Below are positions 20,501 to 29,931 of a stretch of 64,000 nucleotides of DNA, piece by piece; the stretch's first letter is position 1; each line of letters starts with the position of its first letter. The notes under the pieces were generated by a model. It did not search any database. It was given only the letters and a program-made list of their open reading frames with translations, and was not told the origin of the DNA. The stretch is from Armatimonadota bacterium (GTDB lineage: Bacteria; Armatimonadota; Fimbriimonadia; Fimbriimonadales; GBS-DC), in contig JBBIML010000015.1 of NCBI GenBank assembly GCA_037444405.1, forward strand, positions 39,550 through 103,549, read 5' to 3'. Made by a program: the position numbers and the translations under genes.

Positions 20501-22647
20501 TCACCGAGTGGCGACTGACAGTGCATGCGCACACGCTCCAGACGCAGGTCGGCTACGCGAAGGCGAGCATCAAATGCGCGAAGGATCTGATGGTCAATCT
20601 GCGCATGCCGCTGTGGCTGGTGGAGGGCGACCGCACGCGCATCAGCACGGTCATCAGCAACGACACGGCGCAACCGCGCGAGCTGGAGGTGATCCTGCGC
20701 ACGCCCGACGGCGCACGGCAGCAAACCGCCGCCATCGGCGCCCACAAAACCCTCACGCTCCACTGGGACTACACCGCGCGGGGCTACGGCAAGCAGACCT
20801 TCCAGGCGATTGTGCGCGATCGCGCGACGGGGCTGACCGACGCCGAAGAGCGCACCGTGACGCTGATGCCGTTCGCCCTGCGGCGGTCGTTCGGTCAGAC
20901 GGCGTGGCTCACGCGCCCGCGCGAACTCACGCTCACGGTCGCGCCCGATGCTATCCTGCCTGTGAGCCAGCTGCAGGTGCAGGTGGTGCCCTCAGTGTTG
21001 CACCGCATCTATCACAGCCTGCCCTACCTGATCGACTATCCCTACGGCTGTGTGGAGCAGACGACGAGCCGCTTCCTGCCCGCTGTGCTGGTGCTGCACG
21101 CCTTCCAGCAGATGGGCATCACGCCCCCTGCCGATATGCAGCGGCAGATTGCAACCGTGGCGCGCCTCTCCATCGAGCGGCTGCGCCGATTCCAGCAGGA
21201 GAACGGCGGCTGGGGCTGGTGGGAGGGCGAACGACCGAACCTGTGGACCACCGCCTATGTGATGCGTGCGCTCCATCTGGCAAAGCAGGCGGGTGTGCGC
21301 ATGCCCGACACGATGTACGACGAGGGCCGCCAATCGCTCATCCAGCTCATTAATCAGGGGCTGGAGGAGTGGGAGAAGCGCATGGCGGGCACATCCGACG
21401 ATTCCTCCATCTATATCTCCGAATCTGAGCTGCTGTATGGCTTGTATATGCTGTGCCAGATAGAGACGGAGCCGCCTGTGAAGCGCGCCCTGCTGAACCG
21501 CTTCGTACAGCGCTGTCTCACCGAGATCGCCTGGTACGACAGTGAAGAAGCGTACTGCCTGCTGATTCTCTACCTGCGCTGGCGATTGCCCGATAGGGAG
21601 TCAGCCATCGCCCGCCTGTGGCAGCGTCTGCTCAAGACCGCCCACGAGGAGCAGAGCCTGATGCTCTGGTATCGAACGGAGGAGGACGCCCGCTGGTGGG
21701 ACTACCGCTCCTGGTACGGCTGGCTGCCCGCGCTCGCGCAGTCGGAGGCGCTGCTCGCGTTGCTCGCGAGCGAGCCGTACGCCGAGAAACTGTTCGGCAC
21801 GCGCCGCCGCTACGAGGAGCTGATCCGAAAGACCGTGATGGGATTGCTGAGATTGGCGCAGGGCGACGGCTGGTACACCTCGCTGGACACAGCGCATGCG
21901 CTGGAGGCGCTGCTGGCATTCAGCCGCCGCTATGAGTCGGCGGGCGCGCTCGCGAAGACCGCCCAGGTGCAGGTCTGGCTCAACGGCACGCTCGCAGGTG
22001 AGGTGCGGGTGAACCCCGGCGACGCATGGAAAGCGGCTGGACGGCTAACGCTGGATGTCGGTCGCTTACAACCGGGCGAGAACCGCATCGAGCTGCGCCC
22101 CATTGGCGGCTCACCGATAGTCAGCCTGCAGTTCGAGCAGTGGGTGCGCCTGACACCTGCCAGCGCGACGCCGCCATCCACCTTCAAAATCAAGGTCTCG
22201 CGCCTCGAAAGCGTCCACGACCTGACCGCCTCCATCACCTGCTGCGACGGCGGATGGGGCAATATCGAGTTGACCGAGCTTCAGAGCGGCGATTCGGTGG
22301 CGCAGGGCAGTCTGATTCTGGTGGAGGTGGAGGCGAAGGTGTCCACCCGCTCACGCGAGGCGAGCTATCTGGTGCTGGAGACGCCCTACTTCGCGGGCTG
22401 CGTGCCCACCGAGCTTGCCAGCGACTCCATCTACTACTGGAACGACTGGGTCTATCAGCGCATGGAGCTGCGCGACGATCGGGCGATCTCCTACCGTTCG
22501 CGTCTCAGCGCGAGCGAGGAGATGCATTATCGGCTGCTGTTGCGGGCGGAGGTGCCCGGCGAGTATCGGCTCCTGCCGCCGCGCCTGTGGGCGATGTACG
22601 CGCCCTACGACGAACATGGCGCGTCCTTCATTCTGCGCGTGCGCTGA
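17593..22647 (+). CDS. Bacterial alpha-2-macroglobulin family protein
   Basis: TERPIYRPGD (MG domain), LAVVDE, R..F.DTAFW, LPDNLTEWR, thioester YPYGCVEQ, Q..NGGWGWW and C-terminal AMYAP. Confidence 0.93.
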   Translation: MSRRMGAAIAWMGLLLAFQIYGVAALIRNETPRASLFGVAISDQTGQPIPHAHITLTRIEYVRDEQDRFGYYRFYYNVYEVRADAQGRFSLRGIPAGRYELRAGSEAHHFPAELSSGDRPAFEIELSEGEREELTLRMEPDRPFVELIHPQAVYYPGEAVRLGVRGFAPTDEVEVALYRLKSDIGSSSGPAQQRSLTDFVRTLSEIRYGWWRDEWELRNFLQASEPYLNRLSELVEPIRGRDPEGVFTQYLSLPNLERGVYLAVVRAGPAIRPALLIISHAGLIAKVVGSELEVWAIDLKSGQPLPNLPVAVASLYQQASRQSRFVQGRTGSDGRWRVSQAPPGELLIMASDPDRKTPIVWFTFWRWDDGSESGADLYGAIYTERPIYRPGDTIYFKGIVRRQQPSAQSLYQPLRAGTPVQITVYDPDDEPVAQQTLRLSDFSSFSGSFETTPESRTGLYRIVALVEGERIEGEAEVAAYRKPVYRINLKPSRELYLPGERVEVEIRSEYYFGMPVPNARLRYEVARSYDYYGYDDSDGAEWEDDWSVPPDADEEALLEGGYGYYGERVASGEAQTDEQGRAILRIPVSELLKESEREGDFWWYAFERPTAYRCTLRVEMLSEGAEFAQATTRFSVASTYWQVRMQVEPYFGKPNQPYTVRLQVRDRRTGAPVHTRLNWRVGERLRRGDRFVTSTAFEGTVATDAQGRAQFDFTPPYAGDWEIRIEGRDSEGYPLILTDTLWVWHSSRTPQTPPEARLDLRVNRNILKAGEPLEIAIRAGQPDATLWLTLEGDRIYHSQIVSLRNGVATVRLTPPIDAIPNAFVKVCMVQNKRYIERVRVVKIGVHEQNLKIAIQTDKSRYAPRETVHAQITVTDADGRPARAELSLAVVDESIYAIRSDTFRLKREFYAYRWNRVRTEFSAPWLALQGDKGQAELEIRRTFRDTAFWTPAALTDAQGVARIAFPLPDNLTEWRLTVHAHTLQTQVGYAKASIKCAKDLMVNLRMPLWLVEGDRTRISTVISNDTAQPRELEVILRTPDGARQQTAAIGAHKTLTLHWDYTARGYGKQTFQAIVRDRATGLTDAEERTVTLMPFALRRSFGQTAWLTRPRELTLTVAPDAILPVSQLQVQVVPSVLHRIYHSLPYLIDYPYGCVEQTTSRFLPAVLVLHAFQQMGITPPADMQRQIATVARLSIERLRRFQQENGGWGWWEGERPNLWTTAYVMRALHLAKQAGVRMPDTMYDEGRQSLIQLINQGLEEWEKRMAGTSDDSSIYISESELLYGLYMLCQIETEPPVKRALLNRFVQRCLTEIAWYDSEEAYCLLILYLRWRLPDRESAIARLWQRLLKTAHEEQSLMLWYRTEEDARWWDYRSWYGWLPALAQSEALLALLASEPYAEKLFGTRRRYEELIRKTVMGLLRLAQGDGWYTSLDTAHALEALLAFSRRYESAGALAKTAQVQVWLNGTLAGEVRVNPGDAWKAAGRLTLDVGRLQPGENRIELRPIGGSPIVSLQFEQWVRLTPASATPPSTFKIKVSRLESVHDLTASITCCDGGWGNIELTELQSGDSVAQGSLILVEVEAKVSTRSREASYLVLETPYFAGCVPTELASDSIYYWNDWVYQRMELRDDRAISYRSRLSASEEMHYRLLLRAEVPGEYRLLPPRLWAMYAPYDEHGASFILRVR

Positions 22648-22711
22648 ACCTGCCCTCCCTACCTGCATCCTGTTGAAAGGTGCAGGGGATGGGGTAAGAT
22701 AGGGCGGAGCG

Positions 22712-23524
22712 ATGGGTAAAGCGGGAGATTTACTGGATCGTGTCATCTGTGGCGACGCGCTGGAGGTGCTGCCGCAGCTGCCCGATGCGCTCGCCGATAT
22801 GGTGTTTTTTGACCCGCCCTATTTTTTGCAGCTACCGAAGCGGCAGCTGCTGCGCTGGAAAGCCAGAACGCTGGTGGAGGGCGTCTATGAACAATGGGAT
22901 CAGTTCGCCAGCTTCGAGGAGTACGACACCTTTATCAGCACGGTGCTGGCGCAACTGCGCCGCCTGATGAAGCCCAGCGCTACCCTGTGGGTCATCGGCA
23001 CCTATCACAACATCCATCGCATCGGCCGACTGTTGCAGGATGCAGGCTTCTGGATTCTAAACGAGGTCATCTGGATTAAGACGAACGCCATGCCCAACTG
23101 GTTGAATGTGCGCTTCACGAACGCCACCGAGACCCTCATCTGGGCGGTCAAAGACCGCACGGTGAAGGATTACACCTACCATGCCGATGTAGCGCGCACC
23201 TTTGCGCCCGACGGCTTTCGGCTGGCAATCAATGTGTGGGAGCTGCCCATCTGCACGGGCAAGGAACGGCTGAAAGATTCGGAAGGGCGCAAGTTGCATC
23301 CAACGCAGAAGCCTGAAGCCCTGCTGGAGCGCGTGATTTTGACCTCGACAAACGAGGGCGATGTGGTGCTGGATCCGATGGCGGGCACGGGCACAACGGG
23401 CGTGGTGGCGCTCCGACATGGGCGACGGTTCGTGCTGATCGAACGCGAGCCGCGCTATGTGGCGGCATGCCAGCAGCGATTGCAACAGGAGCATCAGCGC
23501 CTGGCAAACCATCAGCGCAGATAG
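22712..23524 (+). CDS. Orphan beta-class DNA methyltransferase (CcrM/HinfI-like)
   Basis: DPPY motif IV precedes HPTQKPE.LL.R and DPMAGTGTT motif I. FDPPY.LQL, W.IG.YHNI and W.K.N.MPN...RFTNA.ETLIW resemble CcrM. Confidence 0.88.
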   Translation: MGKAGDLLDRVICGDALEVLPQLPDALADMVFFDPPYFLQLPKRQLLRWKARTLVEGVYEQWDQFASFEEYDTFISTVLAQLRRLMKPSATLWVIGTYHNIHRIGRLLQDAGFWILNEVIWIKTNAMPNWLNVRFTNATETLIWAVKDRTVKDYTYHADVARTFAPDGFRLAINVWELPICTGKERLKDSEGRKLHPTQKPEALLERVILTSTNEGDVVLDPMAGTGTTGVVALRHGRRFVLIEREPRYVAACQQRLQQEHQRLANHQRR

Positions 23525-25107
23525 CGCAGGAAACCTGGCATTGCTTTGAGCGGGGAGAAGTGGCGGGTGAGGTAGCGCAGTTCGGGGGCGAGGCGGCGCA
23601 TCGCGCGCAGGCTCATGCGCAGAGTCGGCTCCGCCAGCCACGCCATCATCTCGTCGGTGACGCGGTGCAACCGCTCGCTGTAGGGATACCACCAGAGCTC
23701 GGGCTTGACGGTGTAAATCTCGCTCACATACTGGGTTTGAACCAGCTCATAGAGTCCGAACTGTCCGTGCGTGCGTCCGACGCCCGAATCTTTGAATCCG
23801 CCCCAGCTGCTGTAGCCGTCGCCGAAGGTGGTGGCGTGCGTATTGACCGTGACGGCGCCGCATTCCAGCAGAGGCGCGATCCGTCTGGCGCGCTGGCGGT
23901 CGCGCGTCCAGACGGAGGCGGTCAGCCCGAACGCGCTGGCGTTCGCCCGCGCCACCGCCTCCTGCTCGTTCGCCACAGGCTGAACCATCACCAGTGGTCC
24001 GAAGGTCTCCTCCTGCATGCCGAGCATGCCCTCGTGGGCATCGGCGACGAGCGTCGGCGCGTAGTAGAGTTCGCCCAGCTCACTTAACACCTTACCGCCT
24101 GTCAGCACGCGCCCGCCTTTTGAGCAGGCGTCTTCCACATGCGCCTGCACCCGATCGCGCTGGAACGGCGCAATCAGGGGTCCCATATCGGTCTCCATGC
24201 TGAGCGGGTGTCCCACGCGGATGCGCGACAGCTCCTCGCGCAGAGCTTGCAGGAACGGCTCATAGAGCGGGCGCTCCACATAGACGCGCTCCACCGACAC
24301 GCAGGTCTGTCCCGCGTTCACCATCGCTGCCCAGGCGATGCCGCGCGCGGTGCGCTCGATATCGGCGTCGGATAGCACAATCGCAGGGTCTTTGCCACCC
24401 AGTTCCAGAATCACCTTTTTGTTGGTTTCGGCGGCTTTCGCGGCGACGGCGCGCCCGATGGGCACGCTGCCAGTGAAGATGACGCCGCGCACGCGCGGGT
24501 CACTGATGAGCGCCTGACCCTGTGGCGCGCCTCCCTGCACCAGCTGCACCAGCCCATCGGGCAGATTCAGCCGCTGGAACAGCTCCACGATCAGCGCGCC
24601 TGTGAGCGGCGTCAGCGGCGACGGCTTGAGCAGCGCCGCGTTGCCAGTGAACACCAGCGCGGTTAGCTGTACCAGCGGGATGCTCACAGGGTAGTTCCAG
24701 GGCGCGATCACCGCCCACACGCCGTAGGGATGAAAGTGCATCGTGCAGGTTCGCCCGCGCATAAAGGGACCCTTCGGGCGGATCGGCTGCGGGCGTAGCA
24801 GGCGCACCCCTTCGTAGATGAGGAAGGTCATCGCGTCGACGGGCGGAAAGATTTCGACAATCATCGCCTCGATGAGGGGTTTGCCCTGCTCGCGGGCGAC
24901 CAGTTCGGCGATGGTGTGGCGCTCGTTGAACAGCAGGCGTCGGAGCTGGCGCATGGCGTCTGCCCGCTCCTGCAGGGGCGTGCGACGCCACTCTTCAAAA
25001 GCGCGGTGCGCCCGCTCCACCATCGACGGGATCGCCTCGACGGGTGTCGGCTCCACCTCGCCCAGCAAGCTCCCATCGGCAGGACTTTTGACCACGATGC
25101 GGTTCAT
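23512..25107 (-). CDS. Aldehyde dehydrogenase family protein
   Basis: PWNYP, KPS..TP, FTGS, LELGGKDP, NAGQTC and EETFGP motifs. Confidence 0.95.
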   Translation of the reverse strand: MNRIVVKSPADGSLLGEVEPTPVEAIPSMVERAHRAFEEWRRTPLQERADAMRQLRRLLFNERHTIAELVAREQGKPLIEAMIVEIFPPVDAMTFLIYEGVRLLRPQPIRPKGPFMRGRTCTMHFHPYGVWAVIAPWNYPVSIPLVQLTALVFTGNAALLKPSPLTPLTGALIVELFQRLNLPDGLVQLVQGGAPQGQALISDPRVRGVIFTGSVPIGRAVAAKAAETNKKVILELGGKDPAIVLSDADIERTARGIAWAAMVNAGQTCVSVERVYVERPLYEPFLQALREELSRIRVGHPLSMETDMGPLIAPFQRDRVQAHVEDACSKGGRVLTGGKVLSELGELYYAPTLVADAHEGMLGMQEETFGPLVMVQPVANEQEAVARANASAFGLTASVWTRDRQRARRIAPLLECGAVTVNTHATTFGDGYSSWGGFKDSGVGRTHGQFGLYELVQTQYVSEIYTVKPELWWYPYSERLHRVTDEMMAWLAEPTLRMSLRAMRRLAPELRYLTRHFSPLKAMPGFLRYLR

Positions 25108-25122
25108 TGCCTTCTCAACTGC

Positions 25123-25911
25123 CTATTTCAGGCGCAATGCCCACTCGATGCCGCCCAGCAGGTGCTTCTGATAGTCAGGATTGAGCCACACATCGACGCG
25201 ATGCCCCAGCGCGGTGTAGAACACACGCCCCCTGCCGTAGTCCCGGCACCACGCGAGCAGGTAGTCGCCCGGCTTGCCCGCGTTCGGTGTGCCATCGTCG
25301 GGATGGCGATCCATCGACAGCAGCACCTTCACGCGGTCGCGCGTGTTCTCCTTGAAAAGGTAAATCTCGTCGAAGATTTCCCAGCTCTCGCCCAGATGAG
25401 CGACGGCGGGGTGTTTGCGATCCTCCACACGCGCCTGCACTCTGGTCTGCCGACCGTGATAGGCGAACTCGCCGCCGATCATCTCGATATATTCGGGGCG
25501 ATTGTGATAGGTATCGGTGGCGGCGTGGATACCAATGAATGCTTTGCCCCCCCTGAGCCATTCCAGAAAGGCTTTCAGGTCGGGAATGCCGATGTCGCCT
25601 GTGGTGTTGAGGAAGATCACGCCGTCGTAGCGGTTCTCGTTGAGGTATTCGGGCGTGAGCATCTTCTGCACTTCATCGGCGGTTCGGCAGTAGTCGACGG
25701 TGAACCTGCCACTCTGGTGGGCAAGCTCGGCGAGAATCTTCTCGCCCGCTTCGATCGAATCGGAGTGGCGGAAGCCCGCCGTGTGTGTAACGACGAGCAG
25801 CCGTTTCGCTGAGGAACTTTTTGTCAGTTCCATCTTTTCCGTTCCCTGTCCCCAGAGCGATGCGCTGACGAATGCCATCGCCAGCACACCGACGAGCGTT
25901 ATCCTTCGCAT
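25123..25911 (-). CDS. ThuA-domain protein, secreted
   Basis: Signal peptide; T.GFRH.DSI, F.NTTG, F.GIH.A.DT, DE.Y and G.GRVFYTALGH motifs. Confidence 0.85.
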   Translation of the reverse strand: MRRITLVGVLAMAFVSASLWGQGTEKMELTKSSSAKRLLVVTHTAGFRHSDSIEAGEKILAELAHQSGRFTVDYCRTADEVQKMLTPEYLNENRYDGVIFLNTTGDIGIPDLKAFLEWLRGGKAFIGIHAATDTYHNRPEYIEMIGGEFAYHGRQTRVQARVEDRKHPAVAHLGESWEIFDEIYLFKENTRDRVKVLLSMDRHPDDGTPNAGKPGDYLLAWCRDYGRGRVFYTALGHRVDVWLNPDYQKHLLGGIEWALRLK

Positions 25912-25948
25912 ACTTTCCCGATTCGGCGCGGTTCGGGCAAACTCCTGC

Positions 25949-26752
25949 CTACGGATTGCCGTCCCTGCCAAAGTACTGTTCGAACCAGCGTCGCCCCATC
26001 TCCATCATCTCTTGCTGCTGTTCAGGCGTGAGCGACTGCCAGTATTCGAACGACATGCGCAAGCCTTCGAACATCATCTGGTAGCGCAGTTCAGGGTCGG
26101 CGTTGAGCCACATCTGGAAGCCTGCTCGCAGTGCCTGCGCACGCTCTTCGGGCGTCATGCGTGCCAGCAGCTCCAGCAGTTGCTGCTGGGCTTTGGTGAA
26201 CTGCTCCATGCGCGTGCCCTTGAGGTCGGCAAGCGCGCGCGGACGCGGCTCCAGAATCACATAGATAGGAGTGGAGCTGAACGGCGGCTGCATCTGTTCC
26301 AGGCTCTGTTCGAAGCCGGGCGCAATCGGGTAGTTCGCCACGAAGGAGTTGAGCGTGCCCGTGCGTGGGTCGAGCACCAGCACGCCGCCCAGTTCGATGG
26401 TGAGCAGGGCGCGCACGGCGGCGACCACCTTTTCCGGTTCAGGCTCCTGCCCCAGCACCTTGTTTGTGTACACTTCGCGCCAGACGGCTCCTGATACCTG
26501 CCCCACCAGCTCGTTCAGCGCGCTCTCCAGCTCTTTTGCCTGCGGCGGCTGCACACGCGCTGTCATCAACGGATCCACCACAATTTTCGCCGAGAATTTG
26601 CTCGCCAGCTCCTGTGCCGCCTGTGCAATCGGGATGCGCCCGTCGTCCTTCTGGGCGTTGCCCTTGGTGCCTCCGCGTGGCGCCGACCCGCTTTGAGCCA
26701 GCCCCATCAGCAACGCCATACACGCCATCGCAATCGTCCATCCGATTCGCAT
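25949..26752 (-). CDS. Hypothetical secreted protein
   Basis: GGAGG RBS, signal peptide, MTPEER/LTPEQQ helical repeats. Confidence 0.7.
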   Translation of the reverse strand: MRIGWTIAMACMALLMGLAQSGSAPRGGTKGNAQKDDGRIPIAQAAQELASKFSAKIVVDPLMTARVQPPQAKELESALNELVGQVSGAVWREVYTNKVLGQEPEPEKVVAAVRALLTIELGGVLVLDPRTGTLNSFVANYPIAPGFEQSLEQMQPPFSSTPIYVILEPRPRALADLKGTRMEQFTKAQQQLLELLARMTPEERAQALRAGFQMWLNADPELRYQMMFEGLRMSFEYWQSLTPEQQQEMMEMGRRWFEQYFGRDGNP

Positions 26753-26884
26753 TGTCCAGAACACCTCCAGAAAAAGTGGCAGGAATCGCTCCCTGCCTCG
26801 CGAAAGCGATTATACCATACGCGCGCCGTCGAAACATGCTATAATCTATACGGCGGACAGACGCTCAACAGGGAGTGACGAACG

Positions 26885-28654
26885 ATGGCAATGACACGCA
26901 AGAGCATGGGTGAGTACCTGATTGAGAAGGGTCTCATCACCCGTGAGCAACTGGAGGACGCGCTGCGGGTGCAGCAGACCACGGGTAAGGACCTGGCACA
27001 GATTCTGGTGGACCAGGCGGTGGTCAGCGAGCGTGATGCCTACGAGGCGAAAGCCTACGAGCTGGGCATGCCGTTCGTTGACCTCGATCGCACCACGCCC
27101 GACCCCTCCGCCGTCAATGTGGTCAAAGAGCATATAGCCAAGCGATATAATGTGATGCCCGTTAAAAAAGAAGGCAACATCCTCTATCTGGCGATGGCGG
27201 ACCCGAACAATGTGATGGCGATCGATGATGTGCGGGTCAACTCGCGTTGCATGGTGCGTCCGGTGCTGGCGGCGCCGGGCGCGATTGAGGACGCGATTCG
27301 TCGCGCCTATGGCGGCTCTGCCATCGCGGGCGATGGCAGCATGACAGCGGGTGAGGGTGGAGGCGGCACACCCGCGCGACCCACGGACCTGAAAGCCTCC
27401 GTGATGTCGGAAGTCGCCGCCTACAGCGCACGGGGCGACCTCGAAGAAGACGAAAAAGCCGTGCTGCGCGAAGCCGAAGAGGGTCCCATCGTGCGCGCCG
27501 CCAATATCATCATTCAACGCGCCATCGACGAACGCGCCAGCGATATCCATGTCGAACCGCAGCTGCGCAATGTGCGCATCCGCTACCGAATCGACGGCGT
27601 GCTGCACGAGGTGCTGACCCTGCCCAAGTATATCCAGGCGCCGCTCATCTCCCGCTACAAAATCATGGCGGAGATGAACATCGCCGAGAAGCGCCTGCCA
27701 CAGGATGGACGCATCCCCATCCGCTACCAGAACAAAGACTACGACCTGCGCGTCTCGTCCATCCCCACTCCGCTGGGCGAAAAGATCGTGATGCGTATTC
27801 TGGACAAAACCAGCGTGCTGATCGGTCTCAACAAGCTCGGCTTCACACCCGAAACGCAGGCACGCCTCGAAGAGCTGGTCATCCAGCCGCAGGGCATGGT
27901 GCTGTCGACCGGACCCACTGGCTCCGGCAAGACCACCACCCAATACTCGATCCTGCACAAACTGAACTCAGTGGAGAAGAACATCCTCACGATTGAGGAC
28001 CCGATTGAATATCAGCTGCCGGGCATCAGTCAGGTGCAGGTGAACCGCAAGGCGGGTCTGACCTTCGCGAACGCGCTGCGCGCCTTCCTGCGCCAGGACC
28101 CCGACATCATCATGGTGGGTGAGATGCGCGACCTGGAGACCGCCGAGATCGCGATTGAAGCCGCACTCACGGGACACCTGGTGCTCTCCACCCTGCACAC
28201 TAACGACGCGCCCTCGGCAGTCATCCGTATGATCGATATGGGCGTGGAGCCGTACCTCATCGCGGCAACCGTCACGGGCGTGCTGGCGCAGCGGCTGGCA
28301 CGGCGCGTGTGCCAGAAGTGCAAGCAGCCGCGCGAGATTCGCGCCGCCGACCTGCGTGCCTTCGGATTCCAGGTGGAAGACCCCGACCAGGTCGTCACCA
28401 TCTGGGAGGGCACAGGCTGCGAAGAGTGCCGCTATCGCGGCTACAAGGGACGAATCGGTATCTTCGAATTGATGGTGGTCAACGCCGAGATTGCTGAACT
28501 GATTGTTCGTCGCGCGCCGCTCTCCGACATCAAAGAAGCCGCCAAAGCGAACGGCATGAAGGAGCTGCGCGAGGACGGACTCATCAAGGTGCTGGAAGGC
28601 GTCACGACCCCTGACGAAGTGCGCCGTGTGGTGTTCACCGCCGGCTACTACTAA
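26885..28654 (+). CDS. pilB: Type IV pilus assembly ATPase PilB/GspE
   Basis: MshEN-like N-terminus (MGEYLIEKGLIT.EQLE.AL), ASDIHVEP, GPTGSGKTT, LRQDPDIIMVGEMRD, CxxC...CxxC. Confidence 0.93.
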   Translation: MAMTRKSMGEYLIEKGLITREQLEDALRVQQTTGKDLAQILVDQAVVSERDAYEAKAYELGMPFVDLDRTTPDPSAVNVVKEHIAKRYNVMPVKKEGNILYLAMADPNNVMAIDDVRVNSRCMVRPVLAAPGAIEDAIRRAYGGSAIAGDGSMTAGEGGGGTPARPTDLKASVMSEVAAYSARGDLEEDEKAVLREAEEGPIVRAANIIIQRAIDERASDIHVEPQLRNVRIRYRIDGVLHEVLTLPKYIQAPLISRYKIMAEMNIAEKRLPQDGRIPIRYQNKDYDLRVSSIPTPLGEKIVMRILDKTSVLIGLNKLGFTPETQARLEELVIQPQGMVLSTGPTGSGKTTTQYSILHKLNSVEKNILTIEDPIEYQLPGISQVQVNRKAGLTFANALRAFLRQDPDIIMVGEMRDLETAEIAIEAALTGHLVLSTLHTNDAPSAVIRMIDMGVEPYLIAATVTGVLAQRLARRVCQKCKQPREIRAADLRAFGFQVEDPDQVVTIWEGTGCEECRYRGYKGRIGIFELMVVNAEIAELIVRRAPLSDIKEAAKANGMKELREDGLIKVLEGVTTPDEVRRVVFTAGYY

Positions 28655-28716
28655 ACGGGAACCACCCGTAAGGGTCAACCTGACCAATAAACCAGTTGCA
28701 AGGAGGTCGCAAGCGA

Positions 28717-29916
28717 ATGTATATGCCGAACAATCCGACAGAAGATGCACAGGCGGGCGGCGGTGTGGGCACCGTGCAGACGCCCGTCATGGGACAGGCA
28801 CGCTCGCTCGAAGATATCCACATCGACGAACTGCTCTACATCGTGGTCGAGAAGGGCGCATCGGACCTGCACCTGTGCCCCTATGTTGAACCCGTTATTC
28901 GCGTGGATGGTCAGCTGCTGCGCCTCAATTTCGAAAAAGCCAGTCCCAGCGAGACCCAGCGGCTCATCTACGACATCCTCACCGATGAGCAGATCCAGCG
29001 ATTCGAAACCACCTATGAGCTGGACTTCTCCTACAGCCTGCACAGGGTTGCCCGATTCCGCGTGAATGTGTACAAAGATAAGGGCGCGGTGGCTGCCGCG
29101 TTCCGTCTCATCCCGGCGCGGGTGCCCACCATTCGCGAGCTGAACCTGCCGCCCGTGCTGGAAGAACTCACGCGCCGACCGCGCGGGTTGATTCTGGTGA
29201 CCGGTCCCACCGGCTCTGGCAAATCGACCACCTTAGCCGCGATGATCAACCAGATCAACAGCGAGCGCAGTGTGCATATCATCACGATTGAGGACCCCAT
29301 CGAGTACCTGCACCAGCACAAGTTCAGCATTATCAATCAGCGCGAGCTGGGGCAGGACACGAAGAGCTTTGCGGCGGCGCTCCGCTCGGCGCTGCGCGAG
29401 GACCCCGATGTGATTCTGGTGGGCGAGATGCGCGACCTGGAGACCATCCAGCTCGCCATCACCGCCGCCGAGACAGGACATCTCGTGCTGGCAACCCTGC
29501 ACACGAACAACGCCGCCGAATCGGTGGACCGTATCGTCGATGTGTTCCCGCCCGGTCAGCAGGAGCAGATTCGCATTCAGCTGGCGAACAACCTGCAGGC
29601 GATTATCAGCCAGCAGCTGCTGCCGCGTGCGGGTCAACCCGGTCGCGTGCCCGCCGTGGAGGTGATGATTGCCACACCCGCCATTCGCAACCTGATCCGC
29701 GAGAACAAGACTCACCAGATTCACACCATGATTCAGACCAGCGGTCAGCTGGGCATGCAGACGATGGATCAGTCGCTGCGCGATCTCTATCTCAAGGGCT
29801 GGATCACCTACGAGGAGGCGATGGCGCGCGCGATTAATCCAGACGAGCTACGCAAGATGATTGCGCCCACCGGCGGAGTGCCGGGCACACCGCCTGCGCC
29901 GGGTCGCGGGCGCTAA
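28717..29916 (+). CDS. pilT: Type IV pilus retraction ATPase
   Basis: ASDLHL, GPTGSGKSTT, ALREDPDVILVGEMRD, AIRNLIRE and GMQTMD motifs. Confidence 0.95.
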   Translation: MYMPNNPTEDAQAGGGVGTVQTPVMGQARSLEDIHIDELLYIVVEKGASDLHLCPYVEPVIRVDGQLLRLNFEKASPSETQRLIYDILTDEQIQRFETTYELDFSYSLHRVARFRVNVYKDKGAVAAAFRLIPARVPTIRELNLPPVLEELTRRPRGLILVTGPTGSGKSTTLAAMINQINSERSVHIITIEDPIEYLHQHKFSIINQRELGQDTKSFAAALRSALREDPDVILVGEMRDLETIQLAITAAETGHLVLATLHTNNAAESVDRIVDVFPPGQQEQIRIQLANNLQAIISQQLLPRAGQPGRVPAVEVMIATPAIRNLIRENKTHQIHTMIQTSGQLGMQTMDQSLRDLYLKGWITYEEAMARAINPDELRKMIAPTGGVPGTPPAPGRGR

Positions 29917-29931
29917 GAGGAGGCGAGCAAG

